Source: Alphaproteobacteria bacterium (lineage in GTDB: Bacteria; Pseudomonadota; Alphaproteobacteria; GCA-2731375). From it: a DNA stretch of 64,000 nucleotides. The notes under the pieces are model-generated. The model was not told the origin of the DNA. It did not search any database and worked only from the letters and a program-made list of their open reading frames with translations. Every line of letters begins with the position of its first letter. Position 1 is the stretch's first letter. The DNA lies in the NCBI GenBank assembly GCA_965232515.1, contig CBDDPY010000002.1, forward strand, positions 2,816,001-2,880,000, given 5' to 3'. This document shows positions 49,369-58,093 of this stretch, one piece after another. Made by a program: the position numbers and the translations under genes.

Positions 49369-52300
49369 TTAAGCCGCTGCCGGTTGCGCCGACATGCCCG
49401 GCGAGCCGGTAGCCGGCACGGCCCGACGGTGCAGCAGCACGTAGACCGCAGGCACGAAGATCAGCGCCAGGATCATCGAGCCGCCGACCCCGCCGACCAG
49501 CACGATCGACAGCGACGGCCAGAAATCGCCGCCGACGATGATCAGCAATGGCAGGAACCCGCCGATGGTGGTGAACGTCGTCGACAGGATATGCCGCGTG
49601 GTGCCGACCACGGCTTCGACCATGGCCGTCGGCTCGGCCGCCGCCGCGTTGGGTTCGGCCCGGATCGCCGCCAGCACGACGATTGAGTTGTTGAAGGCAA
49701 GACCGATCAGGCCGAGCGTGCCCAAAATGGTGTTGAAGCTGATCGGGAACTGGATCAGCCATGTCGCCAGCAGCCCGAGTCCGACCGACAACGCGGCGAC
49801 CACGCTCAAAAGCGCCGCCAGCCGCACGCTGTTAAAGGTCAGGACCAGCGTCGCGATGGTGAGCGTCACCAATACAGGCACATAGATCACCAGGTTGCCC
49901 TTGGCCTCGGCGTCCTGCTCCGCGGCGCCGCCGCTTTCGATGCGATAGCCGGGCGGCAGCGCGAAGCCGCTCGCGGCCAGTCGTTCCTCGACCGCCCGGG
50001 TCACGTCGATCGGCAGGGCATCGTTGCTGGTATAGCCCTTGATGATGTTAGTGCGCTCGCCGTCGAACCGGGTAATGCCGCCGAGATCGGGCCTGAGGCC
50101 GATCTTGCCGATGGCAGCCAGCGGCACCCAACCGTCGCTGCCGGCACGGACGAATTGCGTGGAGGCGATGTCATCCAGGCTGGCGCGTTGCGACTGGCTG
50201 TAACGCACGCGCACGGGCATCTGTTCCAGATTCTCGATCACCGACCCGCCGACGCTGCCCTCGAGATTGCTTTGCAGCTGGCTGGCGACATCGTTAAGCG
50301 TCAGCCCGGCAAGACGCGCGGCGTCCTCGTCGGCCTCGAGCCAGAGCTTGGGCTCGCCGCGCGGCATGGTCGCCTGCGTATGCAGGGCATCCGGATGGGA
50401 CTGCAGCGCCAGCCGCACCTGCTCGCCCAGGTCCTGCAGCACCGGAATGCTGGGCCCGAACACCCGGTACTCGACGTCGGCGACGACCGGCGGCCCCTGG
50501 CCGAACTGCCGCACGACGATCTGAGCCTCGGGAAAGCGTCGATCGAGCTCGGCCTGCAACGGCGCGATCATCGCCTTGGCGTCCTCATTCGAAGTTGCCG
50601 TGACGATGGCCTGGGCGTAATGGCCGGCATTGTCCTGGTTCATGATCAGGTTGTAGTAGACCGTCGGAAAGCTGCCGCCGACCAGCCAGTAGACCCGCTT
50701 GGTGGCCGCGAACTCGCGGATTGCCGCCTCGATGCCGATCGCCTGCCGTTGCGTGTTGTCGATCGCCGAGTCGGACGGCAGCCAGACCTGGACCTGGAAC
50801 ATGTCGCGGTCGACCGGCGGAAAGAACTCGTTGCCGAGCGAACGTGCCGCGATGAAGCCACTCAAGGGCAGGAAGCTGGCAATCAGGATGGCGGCGACCG
50901 GCAGGCGCAGGCCCGCGAGCAGGCCACGGCGATAGAGACCGGTCAACCAGGCCGGGCCCAGACCGTCGCGCCAGAACCGTTTCTTGGCGCCGGGCGGCGT
51001 CGGCCGGGCGAACAGACCGGCGAGGCCGGCGGTGATAGTCATGGCGATGGCGAATGAGGCGATCAGCGCCATGATCACGCTGCCGCCGATCGAGCCGACG
51101 AAATCGCCCGGCCCGCCCGGCAGCAGCAGGATCGGCGCGAAGGCCAGCACGGTCGTCAATGTCGAGGCGAGGAGCGGCAGGAAGAGATGCCGGACGGCGC
51201 CGTCGACCGCGGCGAGCGCCGTCGCCCCCTTGGCCTTGCGCTTCGCGACCTCGTCCGCCATGACGATAGCGTTGTCGATCAACAGGCCGAGCGCGATGAT
51301 CATGCCGAAGATCGACATCTGGTGGATGGCGTTGCCGCCGATCTGCAGGCCGAACAGCACCGTGCCGATCACCAGCGGCAGAGCCAGCCCGACGATCAGC
51401 GCCAGCCGCCAGCCCATCATCAGGAAGACGACGGCGATCACCACGGCGGCGCCGGCCAGCAGATTGCCGACCAGTTCGCGCAGCAAACCGGTGGTGTATT
51501 GCTCCTGCTGAAAGATGCGGTCGATGGCGACGCCGCCGCCGACCTGGGCGGCGAAATCGTCGACCACGGCATCGGCCTCGGCGGTCCAGAGATCGACCCG
51601 CTTGCCCGTGCCCATGCGTACGGCGACCAACACGGACCGGCCGCCGTCGATCATGGCGATCTCGTTGGGCGGCGTGCGCCAGTCGCGGCGGATGTCGGCG
51701 ACATCGCCGAGGCGCACCATGGCCTGCGTATCGCCATCAGCCAACGGGACATCGGCGATGCGCTGCAGAGAGGTCAGTTCGCCACGCACCTCGAGCAGTA
51801 CATCCGAGCGCGCACCGCGCAGCACGCCGGCCGGCGTCTTCGAGTCCGCAGCGGCGATGCGGCGGGCCACGTCGTTCGCGTCTAGCCCAAGCTCGGCCAG
51901 CTCGTCGGAGTCGACCGTGACCGTGATCTCCTCGTCCGGCTCGCCGTAGAGCCGCACCAGTTCGGTGCCGTCGATATTGCGCAGGCGGTCGGAGAGGTCT
52001 TCCGCCAACCGGTTCAGAATGCCAAGGCCGGGCGCGCCGTCGGCCGTCCAGCGGACCGCGACGATCAGCGTGAAAGCGGCCGGATCGCGCTTGTCGTCGA
52101 TCACCGGCGCCAGGGCTTCGGGCGGCAGCTCCGGCAGCACCTCGCCGATCTCGTCGCGGATCTCGGCAAAGATTTCCGTGTTCTTCGACGACGTTATGGT
52201 TTCCTTGAGCTCGACCGAGATGATCGAGATGCCGGCGCGCGACGTGGACTCGATGTCCTTGATCGCGGCGACTTCCTGCAGCGATTCCTCCAGCACCTCG

Positions 52301-52509
52301 GTGACCAGCGTCTCGACCCGCTCGGCCGACGCGCCGGGAACCGCCGTGATGATGATCGGATTGCGGTTGACGATGCGCGGGTCTTCCAGCCGCGGCAGCG
52401 AGAACACGGCCGACAGACCGGCGACCAGGATGACAAGGATCGCCAGAACCAGCAAATGCCGGTTCCGGAACAGCAGGGTCGCGAGGCTACGTTCGGGATC
52501 CGACGTCAT
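49369..52509 (-). CDS. RND efflux permease (AcrB/AcrD/AcrF family)
   Basis: 1046 aa with ALGLLIDNAIV, STLTTVLAFAP and ILSTTFTTIGG. Confidence 0.95.
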   Translation of the reverse strand: MTSDPERSLATLLFRNRHLLVLAILVILVAGLSAVFSLPRLEDPRIVNRNPIIITAVPGASAERVETLVTEVLEESLQEVAAIKDIESTSRAGISIISVELKETITSSKNTEIFAEIRDEIGEVLPELPPEALAPVIDDKRDPAAFTLIVAVRWTADGAPGLGILNRLAEDLSDRLRNIDGTELVRLYGEPDEEITVTVDSDELAELGLDANDVARRIAAADSKTPAGVLRGARSDVLLEVRGELTSLQRIADVPLADGDTQAMVRLGDVADIRRDWRTPPNEIAMIDGGRSVLVAVRMGTGKRVDLWTAEADAVVDDFAAQVGGGVAIDRIFQQEQYTTGLLRELVGNLLAGAAVVIAVVFLMMGWRLALIVGLALPLVIGTVLFGLQIGGNAIHQMSIFGMIIALGLLIDNAIVMADEVAKRKAKGATALAAVDGAVRHLFLPLLASTLTTVLAFAPILLLPGGPGDFVGSIGGSVIMALIASFAIAMTITAGLAGLFARPTPPGAKKRFWRDGLGPAWLTGLYRRGLLAGLRLPVAAILIASFLPLSGFIAARSLGNEFFPPVDRDMFQVQVWLPSDSAIDNTQRQAIGIEAAIREFAATKRVYWLVGGSFPTVYYNLIMNQDNAGHYAQAIVTATSNEDAKAMIAPLQAELDRRFPEAQIVVRQFGQGPPVVADVEYRVFGPSIPVLQDLGEQVRLALQSHPDALHTQATMPRGEPKLWLEADEDAARLAGLTLNDVASQLQSNLEGSVGGSVIENLEQMPVRVRYSQSQRASLDDIASTQFVRAGSDGWVPLAAIGKIGLRPDLGGITRFDGERTNIIKGYTSNDALPIDVTRAVEERLAASGFALPPGYRIESGGAAEQDAEAKGNLVIYVPVLVTLTIATLVLTFNSVRLAALLSVVAALSVGLGLLATWLIQFPISFNTILGTLGLIGLAFNNSIVVLAAIRAEPNAAAAEPTAMVEAVVGTTRHILSTTFTTIGGFLPLLIIVGGDFWPSLSIVLVGGVGGSMILALIFVPAVYVLLHRRAVPATGSPGMSAQPAAA

Positions 52510-53672
52510 CGCGCGTCGCCCTCCAGCGCTGCGATCAAGGCGTCCGACGCCGGGGTGACCCGCACCCGCTGACCCGGCACCAGCCGATGCCGGCCACCGA
52601 CCACGACGCGCTCACCGTCGCTGAGCGTGCCGCGCACGAAGACCCGGTCCGCTTCCTGGTGCAGCAGCTCCAGCTCGCGGCGTTCGACAACCGCCGTGTC
52701 GCTGTTGGCGGCGTCGACGACATAAACCGCCCAGAGCCCGCGCACGCTTTCGGTCAGCGCCGTCAGCGGCAGCCAATAGCCGGGCTCGGTGACCGAACGG
52801 TCGATTTGCAGCCGCGCAAGGTCGCCGCGCCGGATCCCATTGAAGGGCGCCTGCAGCGTCAGCATCACATCGACGCTCCGCGTCGCGCGGTCGCGCACCG
52901 GCAGGACCGCGCGTACGACGGCCGGAACCTCGTTGCCGCGCACGTCGAGCGTGTGGGTCTGACCAACGGAGATGGCGGCGATGGCGTCGCCGGCGACGCC
53001 GATCCGAACCTCGGGATAGCTGTCCTCCAGCAGATCGACGATCGCGTGGCCGGTCGACACGACGGTGCCTTCATCGACGGCGCGGGCGGCGACGATGGCG
53101 TCGAACGGCGCCCGCAACGTCGATTTTTCGATATCCAGCGCCACGGCGGCGATGTCGGCGTCCACCTGCTGCAACCGGCCCAGCAACGCGGCCTCCTCGA
53201 ACCGCGCCTCGTCGAAGCGCTGGCGGGACGAGTGCCCCTGCTTGGTCAACATTTCCTGCCGGGCGCGGGTGGCGCGGGCCAGCTCGATATTGGCTTTAAG
53301 CTCGGTGCGCTGACCGACCAAGCGCTGCCGCCGCAACTCCAGTTGGTCCGTGTCGAGCCGGGCGATGACCTGGTCTTTGCGGATGACGTCGCCCTCGTCG
53401 ACGCGCACCTCGGTCACCAGCCCCGGCAGCTCGAACCCAACCCGGCTCTCGCGCCGCGCTTCGATGCGGCCGACGAAAGCGCGCGGCACGGCATAGCCGG
53501 GCACGAGCGTCGCCGGCATGACGGCAACGCTCAGGACGCGTTCCTCGGTTGCCGCGACCTCGTCGCTCGGCGCGGTCAGCCGCACCATGCCGCCAAGACC
53601 GACCAGCACGCCGCCGCCGACCAGGAGCGTCGCCAGGCTGCGCTTCAGACGACCCTTCGTGGATTGCCGCAT
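52506..53672 (-). CDS. RND periplasmic adaptor (membrane fusion protein)
   Basis: N-terminal TM anchor, lipoyl halves VDEGD..IARLD and LRAPFD. Confidence 0.93.
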   Translation of the reverse strand: MRQSTKGRLKRSLATLLVGGGVLVGLGGMVRLTAPSDEVAATEERVLSVAVMPATLVPGYAVPRAFVGRIEARRESRVGFELPGLVTEVRVDEGDVIRKDQVIARLDTDQLELRRQRLVGQRTELKANIELARATRARQEMLTKQGHSSRQRFDEARFEEAALLGRLQQVDADIAAVALDIEKSTLRAPFDAIVAARAVDEGTVVSTGHAIVDLLEDSYPEVRIGVAGDAIAAISVGQTHTLDVRGNEVPAVVRAVLPVRDRATRSVDVMLTLQAPFNGIRRGDLARLQIDRSVTEPGYWLPLTALTESVRGLWAVYVVDAANSDTAVVERRELELLHQEADRVFVRGTLSDGERVVVGGRHRLVPGQRVRVTPASDALIAALEGDAR

Positions 53673-53710
53673 ACCTACCCCTCCAACACCCGGACACCCG
53701 TGAATTCGAA

Positions 53711-53726
53711 GACGTGCATATACACG
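53711..53726. promoter_or_regulatory. MarR operator candidate, copy 1
   Basis: GACGTGCATATACACG, a near-palindrome upstream of the MFP gene. Confidence 0.6.
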
Positions 53727-53767
53727 TTATCTGGCAAAGTTTAGTACGCGGCTGGACATGATTTAGA

Positions 53768-54226
53768 TCACGCCACAGATGCGACAAGCGCCATATGGCG
53801 ATGAAAGCCGTCCCATGCCTCAGCGCCGAGCGACGACTTCAACTGCTGCTGCGCGCGGCGCCAGAGCGGCACGGCCTCGGCCAGGAGCCGCTCTCCTGCC
53901 GGCGTGATGTCGACATGGCGCGATCGGCGATATCCTTCCGCCGAGATCTTGATCAACCCCTGCCGCTCGAGCGGCCGCAAGTTCCGGCTGAGCGTGGTCC
54001 GATCCATGCCCAGATTTTCGGCGAGATCGGTCAGCGTCGCCGCGCCCTGCGCGTAAACGACCGCGGTCAGCAGAGTGAATTGGGTGGCCTTCAGCCCCGT
54101 CGGCTTGATGGCTTCCTCGTAGGCGCGGGTGATCAGTCGCGCCGTCTGCCGGGATTTGAAGCAGGCGCAATTCCCCGCCACTTCCCGCGACAGGGCCAGC
54201 GCCGATTTTGCAGATGTTTTGCCCAT
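53768..54226 (-). CDS. MarR-family transcriptional regulator
   Basis: CACF..RQTARLITRAY, GLKATQFTLL and LGMDRTTLSRNLRPLER. Confidence 0.93.
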   Translation of the reverse strand: MGKTSAKSALALSREVAGNCACFKSRQTARLITRAYEEAIKPTGLKATQFTLLTAVVYAQGAATLTDLAENLGMDRTTLSRNLRPLERQGLIKISAEGYRRSRHVDITPAGERLLAEAVPLWRRAQQQLKSSLGAEAWDGFHRHMALVASVA

Positions 54227-54241
54227 GACGTGCATATGCAC
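54227..54241. promoter_or_regulatory. MarR operator candidate, copy 2
   Basis: GACGTGCATATGCAC directly abuts the marR start codon and is 14/15 identical to copy 1. Confidence 0.6.
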
Positions 54242-54263
54242 TCATTTGGCATGAATTTCAAGC

Positions 54264-54307
54264 CGTCGCCCCGACCCGCCCTAGCTTGACGCCGGGTCGG
54301 GGCGACG
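54264..54307. repeat. 15-bp perfect inverted repeat (terminator-like hairpin)
   Basis: cgtcgccccgacccg (54264-78) / cgggtcggggcgacg (54293-307), just downstream of the phosphatase-family gene. Confidence 0.6.
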
Positions 54308-54317
54308 TTGGTGGTGC

Positions 54318-55535
54318 TCAGCTTCGATCCGCGGTCGGACTGGGGGTGGATTTGAAACGCGCCAGTTGCGCGCGCAAGTAGGCCAGCGCTGCATCGTTGC
54401 GGGTAAGCAGGTTGTCGATCGATCCTGCCTCGTGCCAACGATCGATCTGGGCGATGCCGAAGAACGGCGGCGGATCGCCGGGCGTGCGGGCGTTGCGCTC
54501 CAGCATCAGGGCATTGTCGGCGCGGGGATCGGCAACGGACAGCAGGCGCAGCTCCGCCGCGACCAGGAGGTGGGCCTTGATCTGCTCGTTCAGGCGCAGC
54601 AATTGCCGTTCACCGTCGGGCGCCGCCGCCGGCCCGTTGTTGAATATCTCGGCCAGCACGCGGCCGGCCCCCGGACCCGGATTGGGCGGCGTCACGCCCA
54701 GCGTCGCGGCGATGGTCGGCACGACGTCGATGATCTCGGCATAGGGAATCGTATAGCCCTGCCGCACGCCGGGCCCGTGGAAGATCATCGGCGTGCGCCA
54801 GCTCTGTTCATCCATGGGCAGATGCCAGCCGTGCCGGCCCTGTCCGTCGGCCATGAAGACGAAAAACGTCTCGTCCCAGCGGTCGAGCTCTTTCAGCCTG
54901 GCGATGAAACGGCCGAGCTGGCGGTCGGCCGCGCGCGCGGTTTCGGCATAGGGCGAGTCGGGATGCCAGATATCGGCCTGCCAGGCGGTACCGTCCGGCG
55001 CGTTGATGGTGCGATAACCGGCGCGCCCGGGATCCTGCAGCTGTATACGGAAGAAGGTGGGATCGTGCCGGTCAAGAAGGTCCAGCATGGCGTCGGTCAG
55101 CGCCGTGTCCGACGTGTCGAGCATCTCGACCAAGCTGAAGCCGCGGGTGATGGTGTCGTAGGCCTTGCTGCCGACCGCGACGGCCGTGGTGACCTTTCGC
55201 GGGAACTGGTGCTGCAGCATCGGCTGATCGGGCCTGAGGAACAAATTGCCCGCCATGGTCACGGGGTTCGGCAGCGAGGTCGAATGCATGCGGCCATAGC
55301 CGCCCGTGGTCGGATGCCAGGGAAACACCATCACGGCGTCGTCGACATCCGTGCCGCCGGCGCGCAGGGCCTTCAGGTTCGGCAGGTCGAGCCGGTCGAT
55401 GGCGTCGGGGTGCAGGCCGTCGAAATAGAACAGAACGGCCCGTTCGGCCCGCGGCGTGGCGGCCGCGATGTGGGCCGGGCCGGAGAGCCCGAGGGCAAGG
55501 ACGCCCAAGCCCAGGATTGTCGGCAGGGTGCGCAT
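54318..55535 (-). CDS. Secreted alkaline phosphatase/sulfatase superfamily protein
   Basis: Signal peptide, FYFDG, STSLPN, FMADGQG, PMIFHGPG and IIDVVPTIA. Confidence 0.8.
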   Translation of the reverse strand: MRTLPTILGLGVLALGLSGPAHIAAATPRAERAVLFYFDGLHPDAIDRLDLPNLKALRAGGTDVDDAVMVFPWHPTTGGYGRMHSTSLPNPVTMAGNLFLRPDQPMLQHQFPRKVTTAVAVGSKAYDTITRGFSLVEMLDTSDTALTDAMLDLLDRHDPTFFRIQLQDPGRAGYRTINAPDGTAWQADIWHPDSPYAETARAADRQLGRFIARLKELDRWDETFFVFMADGQGRHGWHLPMDEQSWRTPMIFHGPGVRQGYTIPYAEIIDVVPTIAATLGVTPPNPGPGAGRVLAEIFNNGPAAAPDGERQLLRLNEQIKAHLLVAAELRLLSVADPRADNALMLERNARTPGDPPPFFGIAQIDRWHEAGSIDNLLTRNDAALAYLRAQLARFKSTPSPTADRS

Positions 55536-55633
55536 CGTCGAAGTCCTTTGTCGAAGTTCGGGGTGCTTCAGACGTTGCGATCCGCCATGTCGCCTTCAAA
55601 TATCAATCAGAGCTTTATTGAGACTATGGCGAT

Positions 55634-56530
55634 ATGACGATCGAACTCCATCACCTCCGGCATTTCGCGGCCGTGGCCGACGAACTGCATTTCGGGCGCG
55701 CCGCGCAACGCCTTGGCATGACGCAACCACCGCTCAGCCAGTCGATCAAGCGGTTGGAAGCCGCGCTCGGCGTGACCCTGTTCGAACGCAGCCGCCGCAG
55801 GGTGGCGCTGACCGCCGCCGGCCGGGTGTTCCAGGCGGAGGCGGCGCGCACGCTCGCCCAAGCCGACGCGGCGATCCGGCTGACGCGGCGGGCCGCCTCG
55901 GAGGAAATCGCCGAGCTCCGCATCGGCTTCGTCAGCGCGGCGCTCTACCGGCTGCTGCCTGAGGTGCTGCGCCGGTTTCGGGAGCGATTTCCGGATGTCG
56001 AGATCCGCCTGGAGGAACAATCGACGGAGGCCCAACTCGACGGACTGCGCGACGGCAGCCTCGATATCGGTTTTGTTCACCCGCCCCTACGGAACGTGGA
56101 TGACCTGACGGTGGCAACCGTGAGTCGGGACCCGCTGATCGCCGCGGTTCCGGCGACGCACGCGCTGGCCGGCGCGGCGACGATCGAGCTCTCGGCTCTC
56201 GCCGACAGCGACTTCGTGCTCTTCCCCGCGCGCCAGGGCCCGGTTCTGCAAGGCCGCATCATCCAGGCCTGCCGCCGGGCGGGCTTCCTGCCGCGCATCG
56301 TGCAGGAGGCGCAGCGCATGCACACGATCCTCAGCCTGGTCGCGGCGGGTCTTGGGGTCTCGCTGGTGCCGGACGGCGCCCGCAGCCTGCGGCTCGACGG
56401 CGTCAGCTTTGTGCCGATCGACGGTTTGCCGAACGAATTGGCATGGGAGCTGGCAACGGTTCGTACACTGCGCCCGCCGCGGCGACATGAACGCGCGTTT
56501 ATCGCTATGATCCGTGCCATCGGGGATTGA
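55634..56530 (+). CDS. LysR-family transcriptional regulator
   Basis: LRHFAAVADELHFGRAAQRLGMTQPPLSQSIKRLE. A TCAAT-N9-ATTGA dyad lies at 55603-55621. Confidence 0.95.
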   Translation: MTIELHHLRHFAAVADELHFGRAAQRLGMTQPPLSQSIKRLEAALGVTLFERSRRRVALTAAGRVFQAEAARTLAQADAAIRLTRRAASEEIAELRIGFVSAALYRLLPEVLRRFRERFPDVEIRLEEQSTEAQLDGLRDGSLDIGFVHPPLRNVDDLTVATVSRDPLIAAVPATHALAGAATIELSALADSDFVLFPARQGPVLQGRIIQACRRAGFLPRIVQEAQRMHTILSLVAAGLGVSLVPDGARSLRLDGVSFVPIDGLPNELAWELATVRTLRPPRRHERAFIAMIRAIGD

Positions 56531-56549
56531 TCTCTGCCAAGAGGAAGCC

Positions 56550-56960
56550 ATGACAACGAACAATGACAAGGCGAACGCGGCGGCGGCAGCGCAGGCGCAT
56601 TTTCACGACACCACGGGATACCTGCCGGAATCAATCCGGGTGTTGAGCGAACATGCGCCGCACGTGGTGGACGGTTATCTGGTGCTGCGGGAATACGTGC
56701 ATGCGGTGCCGCCCGACGGGCACCTCGACGTCAAGACGCGCGAGCTGCTGTTCACCGTGCTCGATGTCGTCGAGGGTCATGTCGATGGCGCCAAGGCGCA
56801 TGTCGAGGCGGGCCTGCGTGCCGGCCTGACCATCGGCGAACTGACCCAGGCGCTGACGATCGCCATGATGGTCTCGGGCATCCACACCTGGTCGATGTGG
56901 GGCCATCAGGTGGTCGACCACGCCGCTAAACTGGCGGCGGGCGGCGCATCTGAAGGCTAA
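56550..56960 (+). CDS. Carboxymuconolactone decarboxylase (CMD) family protein
   Basis: LDVKTRELL, HVEAGLRAGLT..EL. No CxxC motif. Confidence 0.85.
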   Translation: MTTNNDKANAAAAAQAHFHDTTGYLPESIRVLSEHAPHVVDGYLVLREYVHAVPPDGHLDVKTRELLFTVLDVVEGHVDGAKAHVEAGLRAGLTIGELTQALTIAMMVSGIHTWSMWGHQVVDHAAKLAAGGASEG

Positions 56961-56963
56961 CGA

Positions 56964-57944
56964 TCAAGCCCGTTTGCGGAAGCGGCGGCGGGTCGGAAAG
57001 CTCTTCTTCGCCGCCGCGTAGCCGTCGATCGGCGGCGGCGAGGTCGGCGCCGGCATGCCGCGGGCGGTCGACTCGATCTTCTCGATGCGCTCCTGCGTGT
57101 CGGGGTGGGTCGAGAACAGCGAGTTCGTCGCCTCGGTCTCGCGCGGCGTCACCTGCAGCATGGTCTTGAAGAAGTTCGCGGCGCGGGACGGATCATGGCC
57201 GGTGCGGCCGAACACCGTCAGGATATGCTGGTCGGCCTCGCGCTCGGCGCCCCGCGAATAGCCCGATGTCACCATGTCGAACAGCGGGTCTTCCAGGGCG
57301 TCGATCAGCTTGTCGGTCATGTAGGCATCGCCGCTGCCCATCTCGGCCATGATGGCCTCGCGGCCGAGCGCGGTCAGGCCCTTGTTGAAGCTTTTCGAGC
57401 GCATCTGCTTGATGCCGTGGCTGAGCTCGGCATGGCCGATCTCGTGGCTGAGCACGGCGGCGAGTTCGGCCTCGTCGGCGGCGTAGCGCAGGACGCCCTT
57501 GTTGACGGCGATCTTGCCGCCGGGCAGCGCCCAGGCATTCAGCGTGTTGTCGTTGATCAGCACGACCTCCCACGGCAGCTTGCTCCGCCCCGAGGTGGCG
57601 ATCAGCGGGTCGGCGAAACGCCGCAGCCCGGCCTGCGCCTTGGCGTTGCCGTAGGCGCCGCCGGACTTGTCGACGAGGCGCCCGAACAGCTCGTTGCCGA
57701 TGCGGATCTCGTCGTCCTCGCCCAGGCTCAGGCCCTCGAACAGGTCCTGCGCGCCCTGCAGGATGCGGCCGAGATCGAGGTTCAGGCCGGATCCGGAATC
57801 ATTGTCCGAGCCGCCGAAGCCGAAGCGGAACTGCGCCAGCGCCGGCGCGGCGACGGCACTGGCGGCCACGCTCGAGAGGCCGGCGACCACGGCTCGGCGT
57901 CCGAATTGTCGCTTCGAAGCCTTTGGCCTTGATGTATCCGACAT
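56964..57944 (-). CDS. M48 family zinc metalloprotease, Tat-exported
   Basis: GRRAVV twin-Arg signal, NAWALPGG, HEIGH, YSRGAEREAD and STHP. Confidence 0.92.
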   Translation of the reverse strand: MSDTSRPKASKRQFGRRAVVAGLSSVAASAVAAPALAQFRFGFGGSDNDSGSGLNLDLGRILQGAQDLFEGLSLGEDDEIRIGNELFGRLVDKSGGAYGNAKAQAGLRRFADPLIATSGRSKLPWEVVLINDNTLNAWALPGGKIAVNKGVLRYAADEAELAAVLSHEIGHAELSHGIKQMRSKSFNKGLTALGREAIMAEMGSGDAYMTDKLIDALEDPLFDMVTSGYSRGAEREADQHILTVFGRTGHDPSRAANFFKTMLQVTPRETEATNSLFSTHPDTQERIEKIESTARGMPAPTSPPPIDGYAAAKKSFPTRRRFRKRA

Positions 57945-57993
57945 ATCGATCCTCCTTCTGAGATCGTAAATCTACTGGCCCATAGGGCCTGTA

Positions 57994-58076
57994 CTCGACC
58001 CGTCCCACTCCCCCACCCGACCACCCACGGAAGTATGCTTGATGGGTGGTCGGGTGGGGGAGTGGGACGGGTCGAG
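57994..58076. repeat. Perfect 34-bp inverted repeat (REP/MITE-like)
   Basis: 57994-58027 is the exact reverse complement of 58043-58076, with a 15-nt spacer. Confidence 0.9.
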
Positions 58077-58093
58077 CTCTTTGCCCATTGGCA

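Noticed and set aside
56550-56960. AhpD peroxidase or second selenoprotein
   Set aside because: No CxxC and no in-frame UGA.
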